This document shows, one piece after another, positions 31,705 to 40,970 of a stretch of DNA of 64,000 bases. The position numbers and the translations under genes are program-made. The stretch's first letter is position 1. Each line of letters begins with the position of its first letter. Source of the DNA: an uncultured virus (IMG/VR IMGVR_UViG_3300024933_000029) (lineage: Duplodnaviria; Heunggongvirae; Uroviricota; Caudoviricetes); the IMG/VR virus record IMGVR_UViG_3300024933_000029, positions 1 to 64,000 of that record. The stretch is one strand, 5' to 3'. The notes beneath the pieces were generated by a model. It was not told where the DNA came from. It ran no database searches and was given only the letters and a program-made list of their open reading frames with translations.

Positions 31705-33512
31705 GCTGCTTTCCTCAGTGCTGCTCGGCTGTTCCAGTTCGCCGCGATGACGGCCCTGCCCAGCGATGGCGGCACGGCGTTGCCGCACATGCGCACCTGG
31801 GTGGTTTTGGAGAAGACGCGGCCGTCGTGCCCCCGGTCGATGACATAAGTGCGGGGGAAGTCGTTGGCGTTGTAGAGTTCGCGCGGCGTGAGCATGCGCA
31901 GCTGGATGTCCACGACGACGTAGGGCGTGCCGCGCAGCCAGACCGTGACCAGTGCCAGCCGGTCTTTGGTGGTGCTGGTGGCCATGGGCTCGCGCAGCTC
32001 GCCGAGCTGGCCGCCCTGGCCGTAGTAGCGGATCAGGAATGCAGCCACGCGCAGCGCGCCGGCCTCTGCCTCGGGCGATAGGTGGTACTCGACCAGCGCG
32101 TGGTGCTCGGCGCCGGCAGTCACGGCTGGCACTGGCTCTCGCATTTCCTTGCCGATGCAGTTCTTGCGCAGTGTGGTCAGGTGGGCGGTGACGACGCGCT
32201 GCTGTGATCCGCTGGCCGTGCTGGTGGTCATCGGCGAGCGTGCATCGTGGGCCGGCGTGGCATTGAATCCACCGTTCGCCTGTTCGACAAATGCGGCCAC
32301 AGCCGCGAACTTGCCAGCGCCCACCACGGTGCCCATGGGCTGCTCCAGGTCCAGCGCGCGCGGAGCCTGGCCCTCGCGCTCGCCGTAGCCCATCTGCACC
32401 ATGGTGCCCACGGCCAGCGCTTGGCCGCCGCCGCTGGCTGTCACGGTGCCCACAGGCTGATGCACATCCTTGGCTCCGTAGCTCCAGCGTGGCGCGTCTG
32501 GGGTGCCCTGGCCGTGGCCGGCCTGCACCATCACAGGGGCAGCAACCGCATGCGATCCTCCACGCGGCCAAGCCGTGACGGTGGACAGCGGGTCTTTCGC
32601 GCTGGACAGCCCATGCCTTGACCAATTCGCAATCTGCACGATGAAGGGGTCTAAACTGTCCAGCACGTAACGCTTCATGCCGTGGGCAATCCGTCGCATC
32701 GTGGCATCGGCCAGCGGCTTCTCGCGCTCGAAGATGCTGCGGCCCTGGATGTTCCAGTCGATGCACTCGGCGGCCGACCGCCAGCGCTTCTGCCCCTTCT
32801 TCGGTTCCTTGAAGTGCGTGGGCTCGGGCCATTGGATGGGCGCGCCGTCGCAGCGGGCCACCATGAACAGGCGGCTACGCGTCGTCGGGGCGCCGTAGTC
32901 AGCAGCGCAGAGCACGCGCCACTCCACGACATAGCCCAGGCGCTCCAGCGCTCGCACGAACGCGCGCCAGGTGCGGCCGACATGCTTGGGGTCGGGCACC
33001 AGGTGCTGGTCGTGCACGGGCACGCGCTCGCCGGGCGCGGCCACGGTGCCGTCCAGTTTCACGACTCTGCGCGTCTTGGGGCAGCGCTTCGCAATAAGCG
33101 GCCCCCACAGCAGGATCTGCTTGACGTTCTCCAGCGTGATGATGCGCGGACGCTTCATGCCTGCCCAGCGCACGCCGATCCAGGCCAGGCCGCGCAGCTT
33201 CTTGGAACGCGGCTGGCCGCCGCGCGCCTGGCTGTGATGGGTGCAGTCTGGCGACATGTGCAGAAGGCCCACCGGCCGGCCGCGCGTGGCCTTGCGCGGG
33301 CAGACTTCGAACACGTCCTTGCGGTAGTGCTCAGTCTGGGGATGGTTCGCTTCGTGCATGCTGCACGCATCGCTGTCGTGGTTGACGGCGATGTCCACAT
33401 GTCGCCCGATGGCCTGCTCGATGCCCTCGGACATGCCGCCGCCGCAGGCGAATTCGTCTACGACCAACTCGTCTTCGAGGCCCAGGATGAATTGGGGATT
33501 TTGCATGGTCAA
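31701..33512 (-). CDS. DNA (cytosine-5) methyltransferase
   Basis: DEFACGGG, SPDCTHHS, LENV, YGAPTTRSRLF, RMCGNAV. Confidence 0.9.
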   Translation of the reverse strand: MTMQNPQFILGLEDELVVDEFACGGGMSEGIEQAIGRHVDIAVNHDSDACSMHEANHPQTEHYRKDVFEVCPRKATRGRPVGLLHMSPDCTHHSQARGGQPRSKKLRGLAWIGVRWAGMKRPRIITLENVKQILLWGPLIAKRCPKTRRVVKLDGTVAAPGERVPVHDQHLVPDPKHVGRTWRAFVRALERLGYVVEWRVLCAADYGAPTTRSRLFMVARCDGAPIQWPEPTHFKEPKKGQKRWRSAAECIDWNIQGRSIFEREKPLADATMRRIAHGMKRYVLDSLDPFIVQIANWSRHGLSSAKDPLSTVTAWPRGGSHAVAAPVMVQAGHGQGTPDAPRWSYGAKDVHQPVGTVTASGGGQALAVGTMVQMGYGEREGQAPRALDLEQPMGTVVGAGKFAAVAAFVEQANGGFNATPAHDARSPMTTSTASGSQQRVVTAHLTTLRKNCIGKEMREPVPAVTAGAEHHALVEYHLSPEAEAGALRVAAFLIRYYGQGGQLGELREPMATSTTKDRLALVTVWLRGTPYVVVDIQLRMLTPRELYNANDFPRTYVIDRGHDGRVFSKTTQVRMCGNAVPPSLGRAVIAANWNSRAALRKAA

Positions 33513-34309
33513 GGCCTCACTTCGCCTGCTGCCAAGGCTGCGTCACGGTCCAGGCGCTCCAGCTCGGCGATGATCAGCGCGCCAGATTTCACCAGCTCGC
33601 GGCGGCGATCACCCGGCTTGAACGAGGTGGGAAGCCAGCTAATGGGCCACAGGCTCATGTCGTTGGCATCGAGCGCAAACCGAGTGAATGGAGGGGTTGC
33701 GTACCAAGCTGCTGCGAGTGCGAGTTCGGAACCCTGATACACGTCGTCGTGCTTGGTGGAGCAGCCTTCAGCGCTCACTTGGCGGCGGCGCTCGTCGATC
33801 ACATCACGCTCGGCTTTGCTCCTCAGCATCCGGCGTGTAACCACTGACGGCTCAGCGGGCGCAGCAGGCGTCTCAGGGCTCGCAACCTGGGCCTTGGCCG
33901 ATAGCTTGATCAGTTCCTCGGCCAGCTTTTTTATCTGGTCGAGCATGGCCGTCGCGTCCACGCTGAAGCCCGGTGCGGAGTGGCGGCTGGGCTCGGTCTG
34001 TGCGTCGACGCACGCCGGGGGGCAATCTGTGGGCGCGGGCTTAGCAGGTGCTGTCTCGATGGCGAGACGCAGTTCGGCCACGCGGTCATCCATCCATCCG
34101 TCCCGTGACAAAACGGCGAACAAGCCCTTCTGCCGAGACCATTCGGCGATGACGGCCTCGCAGGCCACCAATAAGCCATGGGTCTCAGCACATGCAGAAG
34201 GCGCCGTGGCCAGAGCTTCCTTCCACACGATGTTGGCGTTATTGCGGTGCATATGGCAGTTGAAGCCGGCCAGGAAGAAGTGGCTGTCACGATCAGAAGT
34301 TGTGGTCAT
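33509..34309 (-). CDS. Hypothetical phage protein
   Basis: C-terminal ERRRQVSAEG...HDD...RRELVKSGALIIAELERLDR domain common in phages. Confidence 0.65.
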   Translation of the reverse strand: MTTTSDRDSHFFLAGFNCHMHRNNANIVWKEALATAPSACAETHGLLVACEAVIAEWSRQKGLFAVLSRDGWMDDRVAELRLAIETAPAKPAPTDCPPACVDAQTEPSRHSAPGFSVDATAMLDQIKKLAEELIKLSAKAQVASPETPAAPAEPSVVTRRMLRSKAERDVIDERRRQVSAEGCSTKHDDVYQGSELALAAAWYATPPFTRFALDANDMSLWPISWLPTSFKPGDRRRELVKSGALIIAELERLDRDAALAAGEVRP

Positions 34310-36459
34310 TGGCGTGCCTCCTGTTGCTCGGTATTGATGATTTCCAGCTCGGTGTAGTCGGCGCTCAGGTTCCAGCGCTTGGCCGCGTCCAGGGCGTCCT
34401 CGTCGAGTAGGTCGACCTCGGGGTCAATGGGCAGCTCGATCAGCCACGCGCGGTCGCCGAGGCGCTCAGTGACCATGGCCAGGCGTCCCCTGGTGGGCAG
34501 GAGCTTCTTGCCGGGTCCGCGCAGGTCGACGCGGATGCGGACCTGCTGCATCGGTTCGATGGAGTTGGGAGTGGTGACCTCGGCGGCGGCCATCGCGTCC
34601 GCGATCGCGCGGCTGGCCTCTGCGGCCGTGGCCTTGCCCTTCTTGAGCTTGGGCGTGGCCTTGTCTGTGGGTGCTGCCTTGCCTGCGCGTGCGGCGGCCT
34701 CGGCTTTCATCTCGTCTTGCACTTGGCTTTGGATCGACTCGAGATCCACGTTGGCCAGGTCCACCAAGTCCTCGAGGAGTGGCTCGCCCTGGTCCAGGCC
34801 GAGGGTGCAACCCATCATGAGCATGTACTGGATCTGCGCGGGCAGATCCTGCTCGGCGAGATCCTCCAGGGCATTCTCCAAGTCCATTTCTGCCCGACCA
34901 GCCTTGCTGTCAACCTGGAACATGCGGTGCAGGAGGCGAGGGGGGGTCTGGACGGCCAGCAGTTTCAGGATCTGCAGGGCAATGCGGCTGGGTATGTGGT
35001 CCAGCCCTTCGGGCACGCACTGCAGGAGCCCGTCGATCGTTGCCTCGGCCGCGCGCTCGCGCCAGCGCATTTCGTACTCGCGCTTCAGCGCTTCCCGCGT
35101 GGGCTCGGCCGGCGGCTCGGCTTGGGCCTTGGCAGCCGCTTGCCGCTCGCCCTTGACCTTCACCGCCGCGCTGGCGGTGTGCGTGGCCACGGCCTCCACC
35201 AGGTTGCCGCTGGGCGCTTCGATCAGCACCACGTTTGCTGCCGGCACGTCCTGGCCCAGCACCTGGCGCACGGGCGCGCTGCTGCCCTGGCTGGGCTTGT
35301 CCAGCAGTAGGTAGCCACGGGGCGTGCCGTTTTCGCTGGGCATGATGTCGCGCGCTTGGCGGCCGGTGATGATCTGCTGTCCGCGCTGTTGGGCTTGGGC
35401 CTTGACACGCTCGAAGTGAGCGTCTTTCTTGTCGGCAAAGCAGGCGGTGTCAGTACAGACGTCCGCATCGTTCTTGTCCCATAGCTCCGGCGACGCGCCC
35501 GTGTGCTTGGGGCAGACCGAGCAGGCGCCAGCAGATGGGCACAGCGTGGCATCGTCCAGTGCGAACGGGGCCTGGTCCAGCTTGAGCATGTAGCTGCGCC
35601 GGGCCATGTCCAGGGCGCTGCGGTAGCTCATGGGGCCGCCGTCCGGGCCGCCGGTGAGCACGCGCTGCGTGTACTCGGCCTGGATGGCCTGGGTAGGCCG
35701 CTGGGCCACCAGCAGGGCCACGCTGCGCGTGAGCGTGCCGGCCTTGAGGCCGGTGATGGCTTCGGGGCACAGCGTTAGCAGGCGCAAGGACTCGAACACA
35801 TGGGTGCGGCTCTTGCGCAGGGCCTCGCCCGCTGTGTCGGCATTCATGCCATGGTCTTCGACCAGGCGCTGTACGCCCAGGGCTTCGTCCAGCGGGTTGA
35901 GGTCGATGCGGTGCAGGTTTTCGATCAGCTGCATCAACTGCGCCTGCATGTTGTCCGCGTCCCGCTCAAGGTAGGGGACGGCGCGCAGGCCGGCGATCTG
36001 GGCGGCGCGGTAGCGGCGCTCACCGGCGATGATTTCGTGCGTGGCGTGGCGGGTGGCCTCGTCCTCGAAGGTGTCCTGCAGGCGCTCGGCCGGCAGGCGG
36101 CGCAGCAGCAAGGGCTGCAGCACGCCGTACAACTTCATGGTGGCGGCCATGTCGTGCAACGCATCGTCCTCGACCACGCGGCGATTGGTGCGGCTGGGCA
36201 CGATCTGGATGATGGGCAGCGTGGGGTGCTGGGCTGCTGCGTCAGTGGGGCCGCGATCATTCACCACCTCGAAGGCATCCATGGGCAGGTTGACCAGGCT
36301 GTCGCCTACGGCGATCTGGTACTGGCGCCCGCCGGGCGTCTTTCCGATCACCTTGCCGCGCTGGCCGGCCTGGGGGTGGGGCTTGCCGCCCTTGCCCGTG
36401 GCCTCGGCGCTGATGACGACATCGCGGTCGATCAGGGGGTCTTTATTTTTGGGAGCCAC
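34306..36459 (-). CDS. Large ParB/Spo0J-family protein
   Basis: GVLQPLL, IIAGERRYRA, ENLHRIDL, HTH, Cys cluster CPSAGACSVC...CTDTACF. Confidence 0.85.
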   Translation of the reverse strand: MAPKNKDPLIDRDVVISAEATGKGGKPHPQAGQRGKVIGKTPGGRQYQIAVGDSLVNLPMDAFEVVNDRGPTDAAAQHPTLPIIQIVPSRTNRRVVEDDALHDMAATMKLYGVLQPLLLRRLPAERLQDTFEDEATRHATHEIIAGERRYRAAQIAGLRAVPYLERDADNMQAQLMQLIENLHRIDLNPLDEALGVQRLVEDHGMNADTAGEALRKSRTHVFESLRLLTLCPEAITGLKAGTLTRSVALLVAQRPTQAIQAEYTQRVLTGGPDGGPMSYRSALDMARRSYMLKLDQAPFALDDATLCPSAGACSVCPKHTGASPELWDKNDADVCTDTACFADKKDAHFERVKAQAQQRGQQIITGRQARDIMPSENGTPRGYLLLDKPSQGSSAPVRQVLGQDVPAANVVLIEAPSGNLVEAVATHTASAAVKVKGERQAAAKAQAEPPAEPTREALKREYEMRWRERAAEATIDGLLQCVPEGLDHIPSRIALQILKLLAVQTPPRLLHRMFQVDSKAGRAEMDLENALEDLAEQDLPAQIQYMLMMGCTLGLDQGEPLLEDLVDLANVDLESIQSQVQDEMKAEAAARAGKAAPTDKATPKLKKGKATAAEASRAIADAMAAAEVTTPNSIEPMQQVRIRVDLRGPGKKLLPTRGRLAMVTERLGDRAWLIELPIDPEVDLLDEDALDAAKRWNLSADYTELEIINTEQQEARQ

Positions 36460-36688
36460 GGCTGGCCTCCTTTTCGTTGAGTTGCTGCACGCGCTCGGCG
36501 GCGACCTTGCGGCGCGCCTCGAGCAGCTCGGTGGGCATGGGGTCGAATTGATCGCACTGCGTTGTGGCCGCGAACGTGTGGCCTGGTGCGTACTGCTTGC
36601 CGCAGTGCGCGAAGCCCAGGCGCACCATGCGGGGGTCGCTGGAGTCGGGCTGCCAGTGCGAGCAGGCCCTGCAGGCGGGCCTGCTCAT
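36443..36688 (-). CDS. Small Cys-rich hypothetical protein
   Basis: CRACSHW...HC...C; overlaps neighbours. Confidence 0.55.
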   Translation of the reverse strand: MSRPACRACSHWQPDSSDPRMVRLGFAHCGKQYAPGHTFAATTQCDQFDPMPTELLEARRKVAAERVQQLNEKEASRGSQK

Positions 36689-36972
36689 GAGTGCCCCCGG
36701 AGATACACGCGTTTGCCGCTAATCAGGCTGGGCAGCTTGAAGGCGTCCATTGCACCCGGGCGCACGGAAGGCTGCAGCTCCGTTGCCACCAGGTTGCCCT
36801 TTGTGGTGCTGGCCCGGATGGGTTGTTCCCGCTCTGGCGTGGTCACGCGTTCGCGCATGCGGCGTTGGCGCAGCGCTTTGGCGGATGGCACAGGTTCTTG
36901 CGCAGAGTCGATGGCGCTGCGATTTGTGCCAAAGCCGGCGCCGTGGTTGATGGGGGTCAGGGCGGGTTTCAT
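36685..36972 (-). CDS. Hypothetical protein
   Basis: RPGAMDAFKLPS motif; coupled ORF. Confidence 0.55.
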   Translation of the reverse strand: MKPALTPINHGAGFGTNRSAIDSAQEPVPSAKALRQRRMRERVTTPEREQPIRASTTKGNLVATELQPSVRPGAMDAFKLPSLISGKRVYLRGHS

Positions 36973-37268
36973 GCGAGATCCTTGCGGGGGCTGGCCGTTG
37001 ACACGGCGCGGATGAGTTGGGCCAGGCAGTCCATGCGCTGCCAGGTGAAGCGGGGGGTGGTGGTGTACAGCTCGGCCTGCTGGCCCTTGAGCTGGCGCGC
37101 CAGCGTCATGGCGGCATGGCTGCTGCTGGCGGTGCTGTCTGGGTAGATGTGCCGGGCATGCACGGCCTGGCCGTCCTGCGTCTTGAGTTCGACCTCGAGC
37201 ACGGGCCGACCATCCGTGGTGGTGCGGCAGACACAGGCGGTGACCTGGCCCTGAATGCGCAGCTCCAT
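36969..37268 (-). CDS. Hypothetical protein, possible OB-fold
   Basis: IQGQV...RTTTDGRPVLEVEL beta-rich start; GGAGG RBS. Confidence 0.5.
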   Translation of the reverse strand: MELRIQGQVTACVCRTTTDGRPVLEVELKTQDGQAVHARHIYPDSTASSSHAAMTLARQLKGQQAELYTTTPRFTWQRMDCLAQLIRAVSTASPRKDLA

Positions 37269-37270
37269 GG

Positions 37271-37426
37271 TCAGCCTCCTGTGAACAGGTGGATTGCCGA
37301 TGCGATGAAGGGGCCGGCGATCAGGGCCGCGGCAATGGCAGTCAGGGCCACCAGTTGGCGGCGCACGATGCGTTGATGCCGGCGGTTGGGGTGCGGCCCA
37401 TCCAGTTCAATGCGCGGCCTGCTCAT
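37271..37426 (-). CDS. Small membrane protein
   Basis: 51 aa with C-terminal TM; ATGA coupling. Confidence 0.45.
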   Translation of the reverse strand: MSRPRIELDGPHPNRRHQRIVRRQLVALTAIAAALIAGPFIASAIHLFTGG

Positions 37427-37554
37427 GGCTGCACCCTGATGGCCGAGGCGCTGTGCACGCGGTGGAAGCACTGCGCCAGGATGACGGCCAGGCCGCCGCT
37501 CAGGTAGGCGCCGGTGAAGGTGCGGCCGGCGACGCGTACGCGGTAGGTATTCAT
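37423..37554 (-). CDS. Small hypothetical protein (43 aa)
   Basis: MNTYRVRVAG...; ATGA overlaps at both ends. Confidence 0.45.
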   Translation of the reverse strand: MNTYRVRVAGRTFTGAYLSGGLAVILAQCFHRVHSASAIRVQP

Positions 37555-38189
37555 GCCGGCCTCCCCGCGAATGCGTGCTCGGTCAGGAAATCCATCGTCA
37601 GCGGGTACTGCCGCAGGTACTCGCCGAAGTCGATTGCGCCGCCCCGGCCGCGCCAGTGGATCAGCTCGCGAAACAGCTGCGGCGTGGTGGTGGTCGTTGG
37701 TGCTGTCTCGATGACGAAGTAGCGTCGATCGAACTCGGCCTGCAGCAAAGCTGTGTTGCTTGTGACGAAAACGAGATTCAGGCGATTGAGCTCGACGCGT
37801 GAGGGATGGCCCTTTGCGTGGATCTGCAGTGAGGGGTTGCTGATCAGGGGCTTTAGTTGCTCGTACTGTTTTTCGAGCGTCGGCGCTTCGTCGAACGTCA
37901 CCAGGCGCTTGCCGGACAGAAAGCTATTGAAACGCTGATCCAGAACACTGGCACTACTCAGCGGCAGCGAGTCCGTGCCGTGAATGTGCTCCATGACGTC
38001 CACCAGCATGCCGGTGCCGTTGCCGCGCGGGCCGCGCAGTATCAGGGCCTTGCTGAGCTTGCCGTGCGGATGCTGCAGGGGGTGCGCCAGCCAGGACAGC
38101 AGCAGACTGGCAGTGATCGGGTTGGGCTGGCCGCCGGGCGCGCTGGTGAGGTGCTCCACGAGGTCGAGCATGGGCTGGACGGTGTTCAT
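37551..38189 (-). CDS. Truncated helicase-ATPase paralogue with degenerate Walker A
   Basis: Aligns by eye with 42033-43691; GPRGNGTG lacks the Lys. Confidence 0.75.
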   Translation of the reverse strand: MNTVQPMLDLVEHLTSAPGGQPNPITASLLLSWLAHPLQHPHGKLSKALILRGPRGNGTGMLVDVMEHIHGTDSLPLSSASVLDQRFNSFLSGKRLVTFDEAPTLEKQYEQLKPLISNPSLQIHAKGHPSRVELNRLNLVFVTSNTALLQAEFDRRYFVIETAPTTTTTPQLFRELIHWRGRGGAIDFGEYLRQYPLTMDFLTEHAFAGRPA

Positions 38190-38584
38190 ACCGCTTCCCC
38201 CATCTGCTGCTTCAGGGTTTCGCGGACCTGCAGCAGGCGCATGGTCAGCATGCCCAGCGCGGTTTGCCGGCCCCAATCTCCTGGCCGGCCTGCGTACTTG
38301 ATCAGGGGGTCGAGCAGCTGCGCCCAGCGCGCGTATTCGTCCGGCGACAGGTCGCAGGAGGCGAGCTTCTGCTCTGGTGCCGGAAGCGTTGCATTCGCGG
38401 CCTCGGCGGCGGCTTGGGCGCGCTGCGTGTCGATGGTGACGCGCACGACGTCGACCTGGCCACGCAGCTTTTTCAGCAGCAGGCCGACATCGGTTTCTTG
38501 GTGGGGATCGTTCTCGAAGCCGGCGACGAACCGCTCGGCCTCTTGAAGCGTTTCATGGAGCGCGAGAAGGGGGACAAGGGACAT
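38186..38584 (-). CDS. Hypothetical protein, first gene of early-left operon
   Basis: 132 aa, GGAGG RBS, downstream of operators. Confidence 0.6.
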   Translation of the reverse strand: MSLVPLLALHETLQEAERFVAGFENDPHQETDVGLLLKKLRGQVDVVRVTIDTQRAQAAAEAANATLPAPEQKLASCDLSPDEYARWAQLLDPLIKYAGRPGDWGRQTALGMLTMRLLQVRETLKQQMGEAV

Positions 38585-38622
38585 GGAACCTCCAGCACCC
38601 GGGATGGGTGTCGGAGGTGATT

Positions 38623-38659
38623 ATCCAAAATGGATTACTTGTGTCAATCCATTTTGGAT
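38623..38659. promoter_or_regulatory. Left operators
   Basis: Two ATCCA-N3-TGGAT sites (38623, 38647). Confidence 0.75.
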
Positions 38660-38674
38660 TTCTTGGCTGGCCGC

Positions 38675-39148
38675 TTACGTCTTGTGGCCCTCGGCATGGG
38701 CTGCCATCCGAACGGTTGCGTCGCTAAGGTCGGCCAGCATCAGGCTCATTTCCTTGCCCACACGCGCGAGCACGAACACCAGTACTGCGCCTGCAACGCC
38801 ACCGATCGCGGCGGCAATGCCGGCCCGCATTGCCAGAGATAGTCCCCCTAGCAAGATAAGAACGGCCAAAACGACGCCGCACCAATACAGGAGATTTGCC
38901 ACCGCCCGGAACGTGGGGTAGATACTTTCCTCGCGTAGTTGCGAGGCAAACGCATGATGGTCCACGTCTGTTGTTGGGGCGCGGCCTGTCAAGGGTTTTG
39001 GGGTGGGTTGGGGTCTCGACGGCAGTCCCTCGCGGAGGGCTTGCTCAACCTTGGAGTACACGGCGCCGCAGGAAGGGCACGCGAGAGGCGGCTCTGCGTC
39101 GTATTGGACGTTGTGTCCGCACTTCAGGCATTGCTTATGGCTGGTCAC
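38675..39148 (-). CDS. Zinc-ribbon membrane protein downstream of cI
   Basis: CLKCG...CPSCG and two TM segments; GTG start with RBS. Confidence 0.65.
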   Translation of the reverse strand: MTSHKQCLKCGHNVQYDAEPPLACPSCGAVYSKVEQALREGLPSRPQPTPKPLTGRAPTTDVDHHAFASQLREESIYPTFRAVANLLYWCGVVLAVLILLGGLSLAMRAGIAAAIGGVAGAVLVFVLARVGKEMSLMLADLSDATVRMAAHAEGHKT

Positions 39149-39216
39149 TAGGCCTCCCTCCTGAGGATCGTTTAACAAATTGATAGATCTTCGCTCCAGT
39201 CGAGTTTGGCGGCGCT

Positions 39217-39615
39217 CTAGTTTGTTGTGCCGTTTTTCGCCGGGGCAGGACTTTTGATTTGTGCTGTTTCTTCTGGCAGCGGAGCAACAGCGTTCACCAT
39301 GGAGCCAATTGCATCCCAGAGGCTTTCTGGTAGTCGGCCAGTGCGCTCCAGCAGTATCAGCTTGCGCACAACCGCCTTGGCTGGGCCAGTAAGGCCATCC
39401 GTAGTGTCGTTGGGGTCGGTGCCATATGTGAGCCAGGTACGTGTGACCCCCAGGTGATCCGCGATCTGGTTGATCTCCTCGAAGGCGGGCTGCCGAGCTC
39501 CAGCCAACCACTTCTGCATGCCTGCAGGGGTCATGCTGAACTGCTCGGCCAAACGCTCCTGCGAGATGCCAAGTTCGCGCATGCGGGACTTCGCCCGATC
39601 TCTCCATGTATCCAT
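39217..39615 (-). CDS. CI-like HTH repressor
   Basis: RMRELGISQERLAE...WLAGARQP...WLTYG; no S24 peptidase. Confidence 0.8.
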   Translation of the reverse strand: MDTWRDRAKSRMRELGISQERLAEQFSMTPAGMQKWLAGARQPAFEEINQIADHLGVTRTWLTYGTDPNDTTDGLTGPAKAVVRKLILLERTGRLPESLWDAIGSMVNAVAPLPEETAQIKSPAPAKNGTTN

Positions 39616-39678
39616 GGAGCAAGTTTCCCAAGCCGTCGTCGCTTGTGGAATGCACAAAATGGAGTTCATGGCTTTGTG

Positions 39679-39706
39679 ATCCATTGTGGATTGATCCATA
39701 ATGGAT
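39679..39706. promoter_or_regulatory. Right operators
   Basis: Two ATCCA-N3-TGGAT sites (39679, 39694). Confidence 0.75.
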
Positions 39707-39708
39707 CA

Positions 39709-39933
39709 ATGCAGCTCAAAACCTACCTTCAGAAGCATGGGATCACCATGGCCTCCTTCGGGCAGCGCCTTGATCCGCCGGTTAGCGCCGGAAAGGTCAA
39801 CCACTGGTTGCGTGGGACGCGACGGGTGAGCCTCGAAGAGGCACTCCAGATCGAGGTCCTCACACAGGGCGAAGTCGGATTGCGTGAGTTGGCTAACCGT
39901 AGGGCGCCGGAGCAGGGGGCGGCTCATGCATAG
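39709..39933 (+). CDS. Cro/YdaS-like protein
   Basis: MQLKTYL...VNHWLRG...ALQIEVLTQGEV; divergent from cI. Confidence 0.8.
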   Translation: MQLKTYLQKHGITMASFGQRLDPPVSAGKVNHWLRGTRRVSLEEALQIEVLTQGEVGLRELANRRAPEQGAAHA

Positions 39934-40106
39934 CCTTGAAGGTGCGGCTATCACTCGCCGCAGCCTGCTGCTGGCCTTCCTTGCCGCCCCCCCGGTAACG
40001 GGCGTCAAGGAAAGCCCCGCCCGCACGCCGTTCTGCCGGGATCTCGCCAGCGACGTCGCTGCGTGGGATGCCGCCCGGCTCTCAGATCGCTGGGTGGACT
40101 GGTGCG

Positions 40107-40343
40107 CTACGCGGCCGACCCACTCACTGCCGCCCCGTGCAGCCCGGTCAGCAGAGTAGCCGTGGCCACATCCCCTTCTTTTTCCGCTGCCGCCCCGAAC
40201 GTGGCCAGCGCTTCCGCGAAGCGCCGCTGCTCGGCCGCCGGCATGTGCTGCACGGCCAGCATGGTCAGCGCGCCCAACGCCGCCTCGATGGCGTCGATGC
40301 GCTGCAGGGCCTCCTCGATTCGCGGTGATGTGTTGGCCGGCAT
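40107..40343 (-). CDS. Hypothetical protein antisense to the rightward operon
   Basis: 78 aa, AAAGGA RBS. Confidence 0.5.
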   Translation of the reverse strand: MPANTSPRIEEALQRIDAIEAALGALTMLAVQHMPAAEQRRFAEALATFGAAAEKEGDVATATLLTGLHGAAVSGSAA

Positions 40344-40502
40344 GGATGTGTCCTTTCTTGGTTTCGTGGTTGCCAGGGGTGTGTTCCGCCCCGGGCGCAT
40401 TTTCCGCCCGGTGCCCGTCATGGGCCTGGGCGGCTTTTTCTTGCGAGGTTTCGGTGCATGGGTTCATGCACCGAAGTCTCTTTTTTTTGCCTCGTCGAGG
40501 CA

Positions 40503-40539
40503 TTCCGAACGGTTCCGAAAGATTCGGAATGGTTCGGAA
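40503..40539. repeat. Four TTC(C/G)GAA units at 10-bp period
   Basis: Units at 40503, 40513, 40523, 40533 form a dyad. Confidence 0.8.
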
Positions 40540-40580
40540 CGGGGCCGCAAACCGGCCGGATCACAGTAGAGAGGTGACCC

Positions 40581-40970
40581 ATGGATGACGATGAAATCCT
40601 GATGTATGACGATGAGTTAGACGCGGCCAAGGCGGCCGTCCAGCGCCTGGGCGGCGCGAAGAAGGTGGGCGAGATGCTCTACCCCGAGAAGACGCCCGAG
40701 GCAGCCGCGCGCTACCTGCTGGATGCGCTCAACCCCTCGCGCTCCGAGCGGCTGAACCCCGGCCAGGTGCTGCTGCTGATGCGCAAGGCGCGCGAGATCG
40801 GCTTCCACGGCCTGACCGCCTATTTCATGCGCGAGGCTGGCTATGCCCCGCCCGTGCCCTTGGACCCGGTCACCGAGACTGCCCGCCTGGCGCACACGCT
40901 GGAGCGGGTGATGGGCACGGCGCTGCAGGTCGCTGCCCAACTCGAGCGCTTGAAGGGGGGCAAGGCCTGA
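40581..40970 (+). CDS. CII-like regulatory protein
   Basis: LGGAKKVG...LLDALNP...ERL; sits between cro and replication genes. Confidence 0.55.
   Translation: MDDDEILMYDDELDAAKAAVQRLGGAKKVGEMLYPEKTPEAAARYLLDALNPSRSERLNPGQVLLLMRKAREIGFHGLTAYFMREAGYAPPVPLDPVTETARLAHTLERVMGTALQVAAQLERLKGGKA

Noticed and set aside
39926..40159. 77-aa plus-strand ORF after cro
   Set aside because: Overlaps a convergent ORF and has no recognisable motif; cannot be supported
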